Both the position numbers and the translations under genes were made by a program. Source: Escherichia phage vB_EcoM-BECP11. From it: a stretch of 64,000 nucleotides of DNA. Positions within the stretch are counted from its first letter, which is position 1. Each line of letters opens with the position of its first letter. The stretch lies in sequence record MW286157.1; one strand, 5' to 3'. The notes under the pieces are model-generated. The model saw only the letters and a program-made list of their open reading frames with translations. It was not told the origin of the DNA and made no database searches. This document shows positions 22,201 through 32,852 of this stretch, in pieces.

Positions 22201-23081
22201 AATCTCCACAATTTCTCATTATCATCAAACATTAAGAAACCATCAATAGATGTACGGCCTTCAATAGAATGAGTTCCAACTTCTTGTACTGAAGTCGTTT
22301 CATCGTATGTAGTAACGATAGTATGATATAACGGATTTAATTTATCTAAATCAACAAAATTAATAATATCCCCATGATTAGCAAATCTAGGAAGTTTAAT
22401 ATTAATTGCTGAAGCAGAAGTAAATCTACGCACGATAAAATCGTTTGATTGCGCTTGATAAAGACTTGCTGGTGTTACAACTGCCGCTTCTCTGCTATAA
22501 TCAGCAACATACATTTGCCACAGACGATTACTAAAAATTAAAACTATCTGTGATTTTGGATGAGTCATTAGTACTGAGCGTACTTGTTGACCTCTAAAGT
22601 TTACAATGCTTTGTACCGGAGCTGTAATTAAAACCTGGTTAACTCCAGGTTTTCCTCCAATATCTTGGAGAACGATAGTATCACCATCAATTGGAGAAGA
22701 TGGCAAAGTAAATGTAATGTCATTACCCGCTGCGGTGTTAACTGAAATCGATTCGCCTGATTTTAATTGATAAGGTCCTGACGAAACAGTTGTCCAGTTT
22801 GCATCAGTGCGTAACGCTCTCCATCGTACGCTATTAAAAGCTCCTGCTGGTTTTGGAATATCATTTATAGCAGCCCAAAAGCGGTTATCATAAATGATTA
22901 CAAAATCTTTTAAATATCCACGAGTTGGATCATATTGTTGAACTGTGTTTTCTTGAATTAAGTAATCAACGTTTACACCGTCAGTTCCTACGGCACGATC
23001 AGCTAAAGCTACGTTGATTATTTTATCACCACCTGCGTCCAGACCATCTTCTGCTCTGAACTTTCTTTTAATCTCGGCCAT
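19212..23081 (-). CDS. 34: long tail fibre proximal subunit gp34 (1289 aa)
   Basis: MAEIKRKFRAEDGLDAGGDKIINVALADRAVGTDGVNVDYLIQENTVQQYDPTRGY, near-identical to T4 gp34 as recalled, same length. Confidence 0.95.
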   Translation of the reverse strand: MAEIKRKFRAEDGLDAGGDKIINVALADRAVGTDGVNVDYLIQENTVQQYDPTRGYLKDFVIIYDNRFWAAINDIPKPAGAFNSVRWRALRTDANWTTVSSGPYQLKSGESISVNTAAGNDITFTLPSSPIDGDTIVLQDIGGKPGVNQVLITAPVQSIVNFRGQQVRSVLMTHPKSQIVLIFSNRLWQMYVADYSREAAVVTPASLYQAQSNDFIVRRFTSASAINIKLPRFANHGDIINFVDLDKLNPLYHTIVTTYDETTSVQEVGTHSIEGRTSIDGFLMFDDNEKLWRLFDGDSKARLRIITTNSNIRPNEEVMVFGANNGTTQTIELQLPTDISIGDTVKISMNYMRKGQTVKIKAAGEDKIASSVQLLQFPKRSEYPPETKWVTVQELVFNGETNYVPVLQLAYIEDSDGKYWVVQQNVPTVERVDSLNNSTRARLGVIALATQAQANADLENSPQKELAITPETLANRTATETRRGIARIATTAQVNQDTTFSFADDIIITPKKLNERTATETRRGVAEIATQQETNAGTDDTTIITPKKLQARQGSESLSGIVTFVSTAGATPASSRELNGTNVYNKNTNNLVVSPKALDQYKATPTQQGAVILAVESEVIAGQSQEGWANAVVTPETLHKKTSTDGRIGLIEIATQSEVNTGTDYTRAVTPKTLNDRRATESLSGIAEIATQVEFDAGVDDTRISTPLKIKTRFNSTDRTSVVALSGLVESGTLWDHYTLNILEANETQRGTLRVATQVEAAAGKLDNVLITPKKLLGTKSTEAQEGVIKVATQTETVAGTSANTAVSPKNLKWIVQSEPTWAATTAVRGFVKTSSGSITFVGNDTAGSTQDLELYEKNSYAVSPYELNRVLANYLPLKAKAADSNLLDGLDSSQFIRRDIAQTVNGSLTLTQQTNLSAPLVSSSTATFGGSVSANSTLTISNAGTATRLIFEKGPQTGTNPAQTMTVRVWGNQFSGELDTTRSTVFEVSDETSSHFYSQRNKAGNITFNINGTVTPINVNASGTLNANGVATFGNSVTATGEIISRSANAFRAINGNYGFIVRNDGSVTNFMLTASGDQTGGFNGLRPLAINNASGQVTIGEGLIIAKGATINSGGLTVNSRIRSQGTKTSDLYTRAPTSDTVGFWSIDINDSATYNQFPGYFKMVEKTNEVTGLPYLERGEEVKSPGTLTQFGNTLDSLYQDWITYPTTPEARTTRWTRTWQKTKNSWSSFVQVFDGGNPPQPSDIGALPSDNATMGNLTIRDFLRIGNVRIIPDPVNKTVKFEWVE

Positions 23082-23115
23082 TCTCCCGGGCTCCTATTGT
23101 GTTTTCAATAATAAG

Positions 23116-23123
23116 TATTTATA
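23116..23123 (-). promoter_or_regulatory. late promoter (TATAAATA on minus strand) for gene 34
   Basis: plus-strand TATTTATA about 35 nt upstream of the gene 34 start. Confidence 0.6.
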
Positions 23124-23126
23124 CTT

Positions 23127-23156
23127 GTTTACTTTAAGATTTGGATGGTATATAAT
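23127..23156 (+). promoter_or_regulatory. T4-type early promoter for rnh
   Basis: GTTTAC 23127-23132, 18-bp spacer, TGGTATATAAT. Confidence 0.6.
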
Positions 23157-23185
23157 AGAAATCTCACTAATTGAACGAGGTTCAT

Positions 23186-24103
23186 ATGGATTTAGAAATG
23201 ATGCTGGATGAAGATTACAAAGAAGGAATTTGCTTTATTGACTTTAGTCAAATTGCGCTTTCAACTGCTTTGGTAAACTTTCCAGATAAAGAAAAAATTA
23301 ATTTATCAATGGTTCGTCATTTGATATTGAACTCAATTAAGTTTAATGTCAAAAAAGCAAAAACTCTTGGATACACTAAAATTGTACTGTGTATTGATAA
23401 TGCGAAATCTGGATATTGGCGTCGTGATTTCGCGTATTATTATAAGAAAAACCGTGGAAAAGCACGAGAAGAATCTACTTGGGACTGGGAAGGTTATTTT
23501 GAATCCAGTCATAAAGTTATAGATGAATTGAAAGCTTATATGCCATACATTGTTATGGATATCGATAAGTATGAAGCAGATGACCACATTGCTGTTCTTG
23601 TTAAAAAGTTCTCTTTAGAAGGACACAAGATTTTAATCATTTCATCTGATGGTGACTTTACGCAGCTTCACAAATATCCAAATGTTAAGCAATGGTCACC
23701 GATGCATAAGAAATGGGTTAAAATTAAAAGCGGTTCTGCTGAAATTGACTGTATGACTAAAATCCTTAAAGGTGACAAAAAGGATAACGTTGCTTCAGTT
23801 AAAGTACGATCTGACTTTTGGTTTACCAAAGTTGAAGGTGAACGAACTCCTTCAATGAAAACTTCAATCGTTGAAGCTATTGCTAATGACCGTGAACAAG
23901 CTAAGGTGCTTCTCACAGAATCTGAATATAATCGTTATAAAGAAAATTTAGTTCTAATTGATTTTGATTATATTCCTGATAATATTGCTTCAAACATTGT
24001 GAATTACTATAATTCATATAAATTACCACCGCGTGGCAAAATTTATTCTTATTTTGTAAAATCTGGTCTTTCTAAATTAACTAACAGCATTAATGAATTT
24101 TGA
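23186..24103 (+). CDS. rnh: RNase H / 5'-3' flap exonuclease (305 aa)
   Basis: MDLEMMLDEDYKEGICFIDFSQIALSTALVNFP matches T4 RNase H as recalled; ATG after GAGG RBS (the track start is an upstream TTG). Confidence 0.9.
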   Translation: MDLEMMLDEDYKEGICFIDFSQIALSTALVNFPDKEKINLSMVRHLILNSIKFNVKKAKTLGYTKIVLCIDNAKSGYWRRDFAYYYKKNRGKAREESTWDWEGYFESSHKVIDELKAYMPYIVMDIDKYEADDHIAVLVKKFSLEGHKILIISSDGDFTQLHKYPNVKQWSPMHKKWVKIKSGSAEIDCMTKILKGDKKDNVASVKVRSDFWFTKVEGERTPSMKTSIVEAIANDREQAKVLLTESEYNRYKENLVLIDFDYIPDNIASNIVNYYNSYKLPPRGKIYSYFVKSGLSKLTNSINEF

Positions 24104-24111
24104 GGTGAATA

Positions 24112-24381
24112 ATGGCTAAAAAAGAAATGGTTGAATTTGATGAAGCTATCCATGGCGAAGACTTGGCTAAATTTATTAAAGAAGCATCTGATCATAAACT
24201 GAAAATTTCCGGTTATAATGAACTGATTAAAGATATTCGAATTCGTGCCAAAGATGAACTTGGCGTTGATGGTAAGATGTTTAATCGTCTATTAGCTTTG
24301 TATCATAAAGATAACCGTGATGTGTTTGAAGCTGAAACTGAAGAGGTAGTTGAACTTTATGACACAGTTTTCTCTAAATGA
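24112..24381 (+). CDS. dsbA: DsbA double-stranded DNA-binding protein (89 aa)
   Basis: 89-aa product between rnh and 33, as in T4. Confidence 0.8.
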   Translation: MAKKEMVEFDEAIHGEDLAKFIKEASDHKLKISGYNELIKDIRIRAKDELGVDGKMFNRLLALYHKDNRDVFEAETEEVVELYDTVFSK

Positions 24382-24697
24382 TATTCGTCCGGTCGATGAG
24401 ACCGGTCTTTCAGAAAAAGAACTTTCAATTAAGAAAGAAAAGGATGAAATTGCAAAGCTTCTTGACCGCCAAGAAAATGGATTTATTATTGAAAAAATGG
24501 TAGAAGAGTTTGGAATGAGTTATCTTGAAGCTACGACAGCATTCTTAGAAGAAAATTCTATTCCTGAAACTCAATTTGCTAAATTTATTCCTTCGGGTAT
24601 AATTGAAAAAATTCAGTCAGAAGCTATTGACGAAAATCTTTTACGTCCTTCTGTTGTTCGTTGTGAAAAAACTAATACATTAGATTTTCTACTATGA
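24359..24697 (+). CDS. 33: late transcription co-activator gp33 (112 aa)
   Basis: MTQFSLNDIRPVDETGLSEKELSIKKEKDEIAKLL matches T4 gp33 as recalled; ATG inside the dsbA 3' end. Confidence 0.85.
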   Translation: MTQFSLNDIRPVDETGLSEKELSIKKEKDEIAKLLDRQENGFIIEKMVEEFGMSYLEATTAFLEENSIPETQFAKFIPSGIIEKIQSEAIDENLLRPSVVRCEKTNTLDFLL

Positions 24698-25347
24698 TTA
24701 AACTCCGCATGCCTGCTGGTGGTGAAAGATACATTGATGGTAAATCAGTTTATAAATTATACTTAATGATAAAACAGCATATGAATGGAAAGTATGATGT
24801 TATTAAGTATAATTGGTGCATGCGGGTGTCTGATGCCGCTTATCAAAAGCGAAGGGATAAGTATTTTTTTCAGAAGTTATCAGAAAAATATAAATTAAAG
24901 GAACTTGCTTTAATCTTTATAAGTAATTTGGTTGCTAACCAAGATGCTTGGATTGGTGACATCTCTGACGCTGATGCACTTGTGTTTTATCGTGAATATA
25001 TCGGACGCTTAAAGCAAATTAAATTTAAGTTTGAAGAAGATATTCGCAACATTTATTATTTTAGTAAAAAAGTTGAAGTTTCTGCTTTTAAAGAAATTTT
25101 TGAATATAATCCAAAAGTTCAATCAAGTTATATTTTTAAACTTCTGCAATCGAACATAATTTCGTTTGAGACGTTTATCTTGCTTGATTCATTTTTAAAT
25201 ATAATTGATAAACATGATGAACAAACCGATAATTTAGTTTGGAACAATTATTCTATAAAGTTAAAAGCTTATAGAAAAATTTTAAATATCGATTCACAGG
25301 AAGCTAAAAAAGTTTTTATTGAAACTGTGAAATCTTGTAAGTATTAA
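24694..25347 (+). CDS. 59: helicase loader gp59 (217 aa)
   Basis: MIKLRMPAGGERYIDGKSVYKLYLMIKQHMNGKYD matches T4 gp59 as recalled. Confidence 0.9.
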   Translation: MIKLRMPAGGERYIDGKSVYKLYLMIKQHMNGKYDVIKYNWCMRVSDAAYQKRRDKYFFQKLSEKYKLKELALIFISNLVANQDAWIGDISDADALVFYREYIGRLKQIKFKFEEDIRNIYYFSKKVEVSAFKEIFEYNPKVQSSYIFKLLQSNIISFETFILLDSFLNIIDKHDEQTDNLVWNNYSIKLKAYRKILNIDSQEAKKVFIETVKSCKY

Positions 25348-25355
25348 TTGCTTAT

Positions 25356-25363
25356 TATAAATA
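25356..25363 (+). promoter_or_regulatory. late promoter (TATAAATA) upstream of gene 32
   Basis: exact TATAAATA; a MotA-box-like TGCTTA lies just upstream. Confidence 0.5.
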
Positions 25364-25380
25364 AATTATAATTATCTCAC

Positions 25381-25446
25381 TGACCAGCTATGAGGTCATA
25401 CATCGTCATAGCACCAACTGTTAATTAAATTAAAAAGGAAATAAAA
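25381..25446 (+). promoter_or_regulatory. gene 32 translational operator: 5' pseudoknot plus AU-rich unstructured leader
   Basis: TGACC(25381-85)/GGTCA(25394-98) and GCTATGA(25387-93)/TCATAGC(25406-12) interleave as an H-type pseudoknot, followed by AACTGTTAATTAAATTAAAAAGGAAATAAAAATG. Confidence 0.7.
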
Positions 25447-26355
25447 ATGTTTAAACGTAAATCTACTGCTGAACTCGCTGCACAAATGGCTAAACTGGCT
25501 GGAAATAAAGGTGGTTTTTCTTCTGAAGATAAAGGCGAGTGGAAACTGAAACTCGACAATGCGGGTAACGGTCAAGCAGTAATTCGTTTTCTTCCGTCTA
25601 AAAATGATGAACAAGCACCATTCGCAATTCTTGTAAATCACGGTTTCAAGAAAAATGGTAAATGGTATATTGAAAACTGTTCATCTACCCACGGTGATTA
25701 CGATTCTTGCCCAGTATGTCAGTACATCAGTAAAAATGATCTGTACAACACTGACAATAAAGAGTACGGTCTTGTTAAACGTAAAACTTCTTACTGGGCT
25801 AACATTCTTGTAGTAAAAGACCCAGCTGCTCCAGAAAATGAAGGTAAAGTATTTAAATACCGTTTCGGTAAGAAAATCTGGGATAAAATCAATGCAATGA
25901 TTGCAGTTGATGTTGAAATGGGTGAAACTCCGGTTGATGTAACTTGTCCGTGGGAAGGTGCTAACTTTGTACTGAAAGTTAAACAAGTTTCTGGTTTTAG
26001 TAACTACGACGAATCTAAATTCCTGAATCAATCTGCGATTCCAAACATTGATGATGAATCTTTCCAGAAAGAACTGTTTGAACAAATGGTTGACCTTTCT
26101 GAAATGACTTCTAAAGATAAATTCAAATCGTTTGAAGAACTGAGCACTAAGTTCAGTCAAGTTATGGGAACTGCTGCTATGGGTGGTGCCGCAGCGACTG
26201 CCGCTAAGAAAGCTGATAAAGTTGCTGATGATTTGGATGCATTCAATGTTGATGACTTCAATACAAAAACTGAAGATGATTTTATGAGCTCAAGCTCTGG
26301 CAGTTCATCTAGTGCTGATGACACAGACCTGGATGACCTTTTGAATGACCTTTAA
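25447..26355 (+). CDS. 32: single-stranded DNA-binding protein gp32
   Basis: [50 protein letters not shown]; zinc-site residues; acidic C-terminal tail; matches T4 gp32 as recalled. Confidence 0.95.
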   Translation: MFKRKSTAELAAQMAKLAGNKGGFSSEDKGEWKLKLDNAGNGQAVIRFLPSKNDEQAPFAILVNHGFKKNGKWYIENCSSTHGDYDSCPVCQYISKNDLYNTDNKEYGLVKRKTSYWANILVVKDPAAPENEGKVFKYRFGKKIWDKINAMIAVDVEMGETPVDVTCPWEGANFVLKVKQVSGFSNYDESKFLNQSAIPNIDDESFQKELFEQMVDLSEMTSKDKFKSFEELSTKFSQVMGTAAMGGAAATAAKKADKVADDLDAFNVDDFNTKTEDDFMSSSSGSSSSADDTDLDDLLNDL

Positions 26356-26377
26356 TAGATTATATTACTAATTAATT

Positions 26378-26402
26378 GGGGACCCTAGAGGTCCCCTTTT
26401 TT
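26378..26402 (+). terminator. rho-independent terminator after gene 32
   Basis: GGGGACC-CTAGA-GGTCCCC hairpin followed by TTTTTT. Confidence 0.7.
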
Positions 26403-26426
26403 ATTTCAAAAATTTTTCATAAAACG

Positions 26427-26456
26427 GTTTACATCCTTGTCCTTCCATGGTACTAT
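26427..26456 (+). promoter_or_regulatory. T4-type early promoter
   Basis: GTTTAC 26427-26432, 18-bp spacer, TGGTACTAT; follows the gene 32 terminator. Confidence 0.6.
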
Positions 26457-26499
26457 ACAACTATCGGCAATACTGCTGATAATTAAAGAGGAAAATAAT

Positions 26500-26730
26500 A
26501 TGGCTAAAGTTGATATTGACATCGTTGATTTTGAATATATTGAAGAAATTATTCGTAATCGTTATCCTGAACTTAGTATCACAAGTATTCACGATGATCC
26601 CAATTATTGCAATTTTTCTATTGTCATTGAAGGTCCTCTTGAAGACCTCACCCGCTTTATGGCTAATGAATATTGTGATGGTATGGATTCTGAAGACGCA
26701 GAATTTTACATGGGATTGATTGAACAATAA
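26500..26730 (+). CDS. hypothetical protein (76 aa)
   Basis: ATG after RBS AAGAGGAAAATAAT, downstream of early promoter 26427-26456; the longer track start reads through the promoter. Confidence 0.5.
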   Translation: MAKVDIDIVDFEYIEEIIRNRYPELSITSIHDDPNYCNFSIVIEGPLEDLTRFMANEYCDGMDSEDAEFYMGLIEQ

Positions 26731-26737
26731 TTATCAA

Positions 26738-26755
26738 GGGGCTATTACAAGCCCC
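26738..26755 (+). promoter_or_regulatory. intercistronic RNA hairpin
   Basis: GGGGC-tattacaa-GCCCC. Confidence 0.45.
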
Positions 26756-26775
26756 GTTAAAATGAGGAAAACGTA

Positions 26776-27141
26776 ATGTATATTGGCAAAAAGTATGAGC
26801 TTGTTCCAAGACTTATTGATACATTTATTAATTATCGCCCACGTTCTAATTCATCAATAGTTAAAATTATTCAAGAAAATGGTGGATGGTTTGAAGTTAA
26901 AGAAGCTTTCTTTGTTGATGGATTTAGAGTAATAAAACACATTGAATGCGCAAATGGAAAGCATTTTTACTTTAACGTTTGTGAAGACGAATTTCATTGT
27001 TTCCGCGAATATAAAGAACCTACTTCTGAAGAGGATGAAGTTAAAGACAAGGTTTCTGGCGTAACAAAAATTCACTGCATTGTTGACGAAAATAATGTAG
27101 ATGAAATCATTGAACTTTTGCGAAAAACTTTCAAAAAGTAG
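26776..27141 (+). CDS. hypothetical protein (121 aa)
   Basis: RBS GAGGAAAACGTA; preceded by hairpin 26738-26755. Confidence 0.5.
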   Translation: MYIGKKYELVPRLIDTFINYRPRSNSSIVKIIQENGGWFEVKEAFFVDGFRVIKHIECANGKHFYFNVCEDEFHCFREYKEPTSEEDEVKDKVSGVTKIHCIVDENNVDEIIELLRKTFKK

Positions 27142-27170
27142 TTTACAACAGGGTAGTAGTGTGATACTAT
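27141..27170 (+). promoter_or_regulatory. T4-type early promoter
   Basis: GTTTAC 27141-27146, 18-bp spacer, TGATACTAT; shares the TACTATTACCCTATCAA leader with the copies at 6111 and 6617. Confidence 0.55.
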
Positions 27171-27200
27171 TACCCTATCAAAACTAATGGAGAAAAGAAA

Positions 27201-27269
27201 ATGTTCGCACCTTATATTATGGCAGCAGTTATGTTGGTCTGTTTATATCTTTTGATTAAAGCTTGCTAA
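27201..27269 (+). CDS. possible micro-ORF, hydrophobic peptide (22 aa)
   Basis: ATG after GGAGAAAAGAAA, downstream of early promoter 27141-27170; MFAPYIMAAVMLVCLYLLIKAC. Confidence 0.25.
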   Translation: MFAPYIMAAVMLVCLYLLIKAC

Positions 27270-27279
27270 GGAGAATAAA

Positions 27280-27522
27280 ATGAGATTACAACGCCAGAGC
27301 ATCAAAGATTCAGAAGTTAAAGGTAAATGGTATTTTAATATCATCGGTAAAGATTCTGGGCTTGTTGAAAAAGCTGAACATCTTTTACGCGATATGGGGT
27401 GGGAAGATGAATGTGATGGATGTCCTCTTTATGAAGACGGAGAAAGCGCAGGATTCTGGATTTATCATTCTGATGTTGATCAGTTTAAAGCTGATTGGAA
27501 AATTGTGAAAAAGTCTGTTTGA
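27280..27522 (+). CDS. hypothetical protein (80 aa)
   Basis: RBS AAGGAGAATAAA. Confidence 0.5.
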   Translation: MRLQRQSIKDSEVKGKWYFNIIGKDSGLVEKAEHLLRDMGWEDECDGCPLYEDGESAGFWIYHSDVDQFKADWKIVKKSV

Positions 27523-27532
27523 GGAAAATAAT

Positions 27533-27865
27533 ATGTCTGACATTCATGTAACTGGAATTGCTCAAGTAAACATCCGCTGCCAATTTAAAACTGTACCTGG
27601 GGTGACTCATATTACTTTATCACACGACCCATATTCTCGTGGAAGACAGTTAACTGGTGTAATTAAGTTTTTCGGTGGAATTGGTGGTAATGAATTTACT
27701 ATAGGCGATGAAGAAATTGTTGGATGTAAATTAAAAGTTCAGAAGGGCGTGTTAGAACTTTTTAGTGATGAAGTTTTTGATGAAATCTCACGAGCAGTTA
27801 ACAAAGGAATGTTAACGTTAATTAAAATGATTAAAGCTAGCGGATATGTTCCTGATCCTTTTTAA
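27533..27865 (+). CDS. hypothetical protein (110 aa)
   Basis: RBS GAGGAAAATAAT. Confidence 0.5.
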   Translation: MSDIHVTGIAQVNIRCQFKTVPGVTHITLSHDPYSRGRQLTGVIKFFGGIGGNEFTIGDEEIVGCKLKVQKGVLELFSDEVFDEISRAVNKGMLTLIKMIKASGYVPDPF

Positions 27866-27876
27866 TAGGAGATAAT

Positions 27877-29073
<1,197 letters not shown>

Positions 29074-29118
29074 TTATTTAGCTTCATAAAATGTATTATA
29101 ATTTATATAAGGTACTAA

Positions 29119-29979
29119 ATGAAACAATACCAAGATTTAATTAAAGACATTTTTGAAAATGGCTATGAAACCGATGATCGCACAGGCACAGGAACAATTG
29201 CTCTGTTCGGTACTAAATTGCGTTGGGATTTAACTAAAGGCTTTCCTGCAGTAACAACTAAAAAGCTCGCCTGGAATGCATGCATTGCTGAGCTAATATG
29301 GTTTTTATCAGGAAGCACAAATGTCAATGATTTGCGATTAATTCAACATGATTCATTAATTCAAGGCAAAACAGTCTGGGATGAAAATTACGAAAATCAA
29401 GCAAAAGATTTAGGATACCATAGCGGTGAACTTGGTCCAATTTATGGAAAACAGTGGCGTGATTTTGGCGGTGTAGATCAAATTATAGAAGTTATTGATC
29501 GTATTAAAAAACTGCCAAATGATAGGCGTCAAATTGTTTCTGCGTGGAATCCAGCTGAACTTAAATATATGGCATTACCGCCTTGTCATATGTTCTATCA
29601 GTTTAATGTGCGTAATGGATACCTTGACCTTCAGTGGTATCAACGTTCGGTAGATGTTTTCCTCGGTCTTCCATTTAATATTGCATCATATGCTACGTTA
29701 GTTCATATTGTAGCTAAAATGTGTAATCTTATTCCTGGAGATTTGATATTTTCTGGTGGTAATACTCATATCTATATGAATCACGTAGAACAATGTAAAG
29801 AAATTTTACGCCGTGAACCTATGGATTTATGCGAATTACAATTAAAATTTCCAGATGAATTTGATGAATGGGACACAGAATCGCAGGTATTTTGGTTGAG
29901 TCAATTTGCAAAGCCTCATAATTTTGTTCTTAACAACTATGTATCTCATCCGTCAATTAAAGGAAAGATGGCGGTATAA
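29119..29979 (+). CDS. td: thymidylate synthase (286 aa), uninterrupted, no intron
   Basis: MKQYQDLIKDIFENGYETDDRTGTGTIALFG ... ALPPCHMFYQF ThyA motifs; single continuous ORF. Confidence 0.95.
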   Translation: MKQYQDLIKDIFENGYETDDRTGTGTIALFGTKLRWDLTKGFPAVTTKKLAWNACIAELIWFLSGSTNVNDLRLIQHDSLIQGKTVWDENYENQAKDLGYHSGELGPIYGKQWRDFGGVDQIIEVIDRIKKLPNDRRQIVSAWNPAELKYMALPPCHMFYQFNVRNGYLDLQWYQRSVDVFLGLPFNIASYATLVHIVAKMCNLIPGDLIFSGGNTHIYMNHVEQCKEILRREPMDLCELQLKFPDEFDEWDTESQVFWLSQFAKPHNFVLNNYVSHPSIKGKMAV

Positions 29980-30002
29980 TTTTAATTTAATTGAGAGGAT
30001 AT

Positions 30003-30266
30003 ATGATTTTACGATTTAAAGATACTTCTGGTGTAGTTCTTTTTACACTTCCTAATCCAAGTGAGTTAGAAGTTCCAGGACCAAATCAGCCTATTATCAT
30101 TTATGGCAAAAAATATTATACTCATAAAATGACTCGTGAGTATTTTGATAATAAAATTTCCACAGTTAAAACTTCTTCTGACTGTTACTACGATATTACT
30201 GTTTTAACGGAAGAACAATATGAACACCTACAACCGCGCAGGCCGTATATGCCGAGTAGTGAATAA
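30003..30266 (+). CDS. hypothetical protein (87 aa)
   Basis: ATG after GAGAGGATAT (the track start is an upstream TTG). Confidence 0.5.
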   Translation: MILRFKDTSGVVLFTLPNPSELEVPGPNQPIIIYGKKYYTHKMTREYFDNKISTVKTSSDCYYDITVLTEEQYEHLQPRRPYMPSSE

Positions 30267-30546
30267 ATATAAATCCGACTTTGATGTTAATATTCACCGT
30301 GGTACATTTTGGGGAAATTACGTCGGTAAAGATGCTGGCAGCCGGGAGGCTGCCATTGAATTATTCAAAAAAGATTTTATACGTCGAATTAAATCCGGAG
30401 AAATAACTAAAGCACATTTAGAGCCTTTACGTGGAATGAGGCTAGGATGCACATGTAAACCAAAGCCGTGTCATGGTGATATAATAGCTCATATAGTTAA
30501 CCGATTGTTTAAAGACGATTTTCAAGTTGAGGACTTATGCAATTAA
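30220..30546 (+). CDS. hypothetical protein (108 aa), DUF4326-like by motif
   Basis: motif [23 protein letters not shown] resembles the Cys-x-Cys...CHGD signature of DUF4326 as recalled. Confidence 0.5.
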   Translation: MNTYNRAGRICRVVNKYKSDFDVNIHRGTFWGNYVGKDAGSREAAIELFKKDFIRRIKSGEITKAHLEPLRGMRLGCTCKPKPCHGDIIAHIVNRLFKDDFQVEDLCN

Positions 30547-32801
30547 TTAATGTTATCAAAAGTAGTGGTGTTTCTCAGAGCTTTGACCCGCAAAAAATTA
30601 TTAAAGTTTTATCCTGGGCAGCTGAAGGAACATCTGTAGATCCTTATGAATTATATGAAAATATTAAATCATATCTCCGTGATGGAATGACCACTGATGA
30701 CATTCAAACCATTGTAATTAAGGCTGCTGCGAATTCGATTTCAGTTGAAGAGCCTGATTATCAATACGTAGCCGCTCGCTGTTTAATGTTTGCTCTTCGT
30801 AAGCATGTTTACGGACAATATGAACCACGTTCATTTATTGACCATATTTCTTACTGTGTAAATGAAGGTAAATATGACCCTGAACTGCTGTCAAAATATT
30901 CAGCAGAAGAAATTACATTTTTAGAATCAAAAATTAAGCACGAGCGGGATATGGAATTTACTTATTCCGGGGCGATGCAATTAAAAGAAAAATATCTAGT
31001 TAAAGATAAAACCACTGGTCAAATTTATGAAACTCCTCAGTTTGCATTTATGACTATTGGAATGGCATTGCATCAAGATGAACCTGTTGATAGATTAAAA
31101 CATGTTATTCATTTTTATGAAGCAGTATCTACTCGACAGATTTCACTGCCAACCCCTATTATGGCTGGTTGCCGTACTCCAACTCGGCAGTTTAGTTCAT
31201 GCGTTGTTATTGAGGCAGGTGATTCATTAAAGTCTATCAATAAGGCTTCTGCTTCAATTGTTGAATATATCTCCAAACGCGCTGGAATTGGTATTAACGT
31301 TGGTATGATTCGTGCCGAAGGTTCTAAGATTGGAATGGGTGAAGTGCGTCATACTGGTGTTATTCCTTTTTGGAAACATTTTCAGACTGCAGTTAAATCA
31401 TGTTCACAGGGTGGAATTCGTGGCGGCGCTGCTACTGCTTATTATCCTATTTGGCATTTGGAAGTTGAAAATCTTCTCGTTTTGAAAAATAACAAAGGTG
31501 TAGAAGAAAACCGTATCCGTCATATGGATTATGGCGTCCAGCTGAATGATTTGATGATGGAACGATTCGGAAAGAATGATTACATTACTTTGTTCAGTCC
31601 GCATGAAATGGGTGGCGAACTTTATTATTCTTATTTTAAAGACCAAGACCGTTTCCGTGAATTATACGAAGCCGCAGAAAAAGACCCTAATATTCGTAAA
31701 AAGCGTATTAAAGCCCGTGAACTGTTTGAATTACTCATGACTGAACGCTCAGGAACAGCAAGGATTTATGTGCAGTTCATTGATAATACGAATAACTATA
31801 CGCCATTTATTCGTGAAAAGGCACCTATTCGTCAGAGTAACTTGTGTTGTGAAATTGCTATTCCAACAAATGATGTGAATAGTCCTGATGCTGAAATTGG
31901 ATTGTGCACGTTATCTGCATTTGTGTTAGATAACTTCGATTGGCAAGACCAAGATAAAATTAATGAATTGGCAGAAGTCCAAGTTCGTGCTCTTGATAAT
32001 CTTTTGGACTACCAAGGATATCCAGTTCCTGAAGCAGAAAAAGCTAAAAAGCGTCGAAACCTTGGCGTAGGTGTTACTAACTATGCAGCTTGGCTGGCAA
32101 GTAATTTTGCTTCTTATGAAGATGCTAACGATTTAACACATGAACTATTTGAGAGATTACAGTATGGACTCATTAAAGCATCCATTAAGCTCGCCAAAGA
32201 AAAAGGACCTTGCGAATATTATTCAGACACTCGTTGGTCTCGAGGCGAATTACCTATCGACTGGTACAATAAAAAGATTGACCAAATCGCAGCTCCAAAA
32301 TACGTTTGTGACTGGTCGTCGCTGCGGGAAGACCTTAAGCTCTTTGGCATCCGTAATAGCACATTATCAGCACTTATGCCATGTGAGTCATCTTCCCAAG
32401 TTTCTAACAGTACAAACGGTATCGAGCCTCCACGTGGACCAGTCTCTGTTAAAGAATCAAAAGAGGGCTCCTTTAATCAAGTCGTGCCCAATATTGAGCA
32501 TAACATAGACCTCTATGATTATACATGGAAATTAGCTAAGAAAGGTAATAAACCTTATCTTACGCAGGTAGCTATTATGCTGAAATGGGTATGTCAATCA
32601 GCTTCAGCGAATACATATTATGACCCGCAGATTTTTCCAAAAGGAAAGGTTCCAATGTCAATAATGATTGATGACCTTTTATATTTTTGGTATTTTGGCG
32701 GAAAAAATTTCTATTATCATAATACACGCGACGGTTCTGGTACTGATGATTATGAAATAGAAACTCCAAAAGCTGAAGATTGTTCATCCTGTAAATTATG
32801 A
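30537..32801 (+). CDS. nrdA: aerobic ribonucleotide reductase large subunit (754 aa)
   Basis: ATP-cone N-terminus, active-site region NLCCEIAIP and C-terminal Cys pair; same length as T4 NrdA. Confidence 0.95.
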   Translation: MQLINVIKSSGVSQSFDPQKIIKVLSWAAEGTSVDPYELYENIKSYLRDGMTTDDIQTIVIKAAANSISVEEPDYQYVAARCLMFALRKHVYGQYEPRSFIDHISYCVNEGKYDPELLSKYSAEEITFLESKIKHERDMEFTYSGAMQLKEKYLVKDKTTGQIYETPQFAFMTIGMALHQDEPVDRLKHVIHFYEAVSTRQISLPTPIMAGCRTPTRQFSSCVVIEAGDSLKSINKASASIVEYISKRAGIGINVGMIRAEGSKIGMGEVRHTGVIPFWKHFQTAVKSCSQGGIRGGAATAYYPIWHLEVENLLVLKNNKGVEENRIRHMDYGVQLNDLMMERFGKNDYITLFSPHEMGGELYYSYFKDQDRFRELYEAAEKDPNIRKKRIKARELFELLMTERSGTARIYVQFIDNTNNYTPFIREKAPIRQSNLCCEIAIPTNDVNSPDAEIGLCTLSAFVLDNFDWQDQDKINELAEVQVRALDNLLDYQGYPVPEAEKAKKRRNLGVGVTNYAAWLASNFASYEDANDLTHELFERLQYGLIKASIKLAKEKGPCEYYSDTRWSRGELPIDWYNKKIDQIAAPKYVCDWSSLREDLKLFGIRNSTLSALMPCESSSQVSNSTNGIEPPRGPVSVKESKEGSFNQVVPNIEHNIDLYDYTWKLAKKGNKPYLTQVAIMLKWVCQSASANTYYDPQIFPKGKVPMSIMIDDLLYFWYFGGKNFYYHNTRDGSGTDDYEIETPKAEDCSSCKL

Positions 32802-32852
32802 TATAATTTGACTCACGGACGAGTCACTATCTATTAACTAAGCGGAAAATTT

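Noticed and set aside
32140-32508. Alternative-frame 122-aa ORF inside nrdA
   Set aside because: It lies inside nrdA in another frame. nrdA is continuous and matches T4 NrdA along its length, so this is a frame artefact and not an intron-encoded gene.
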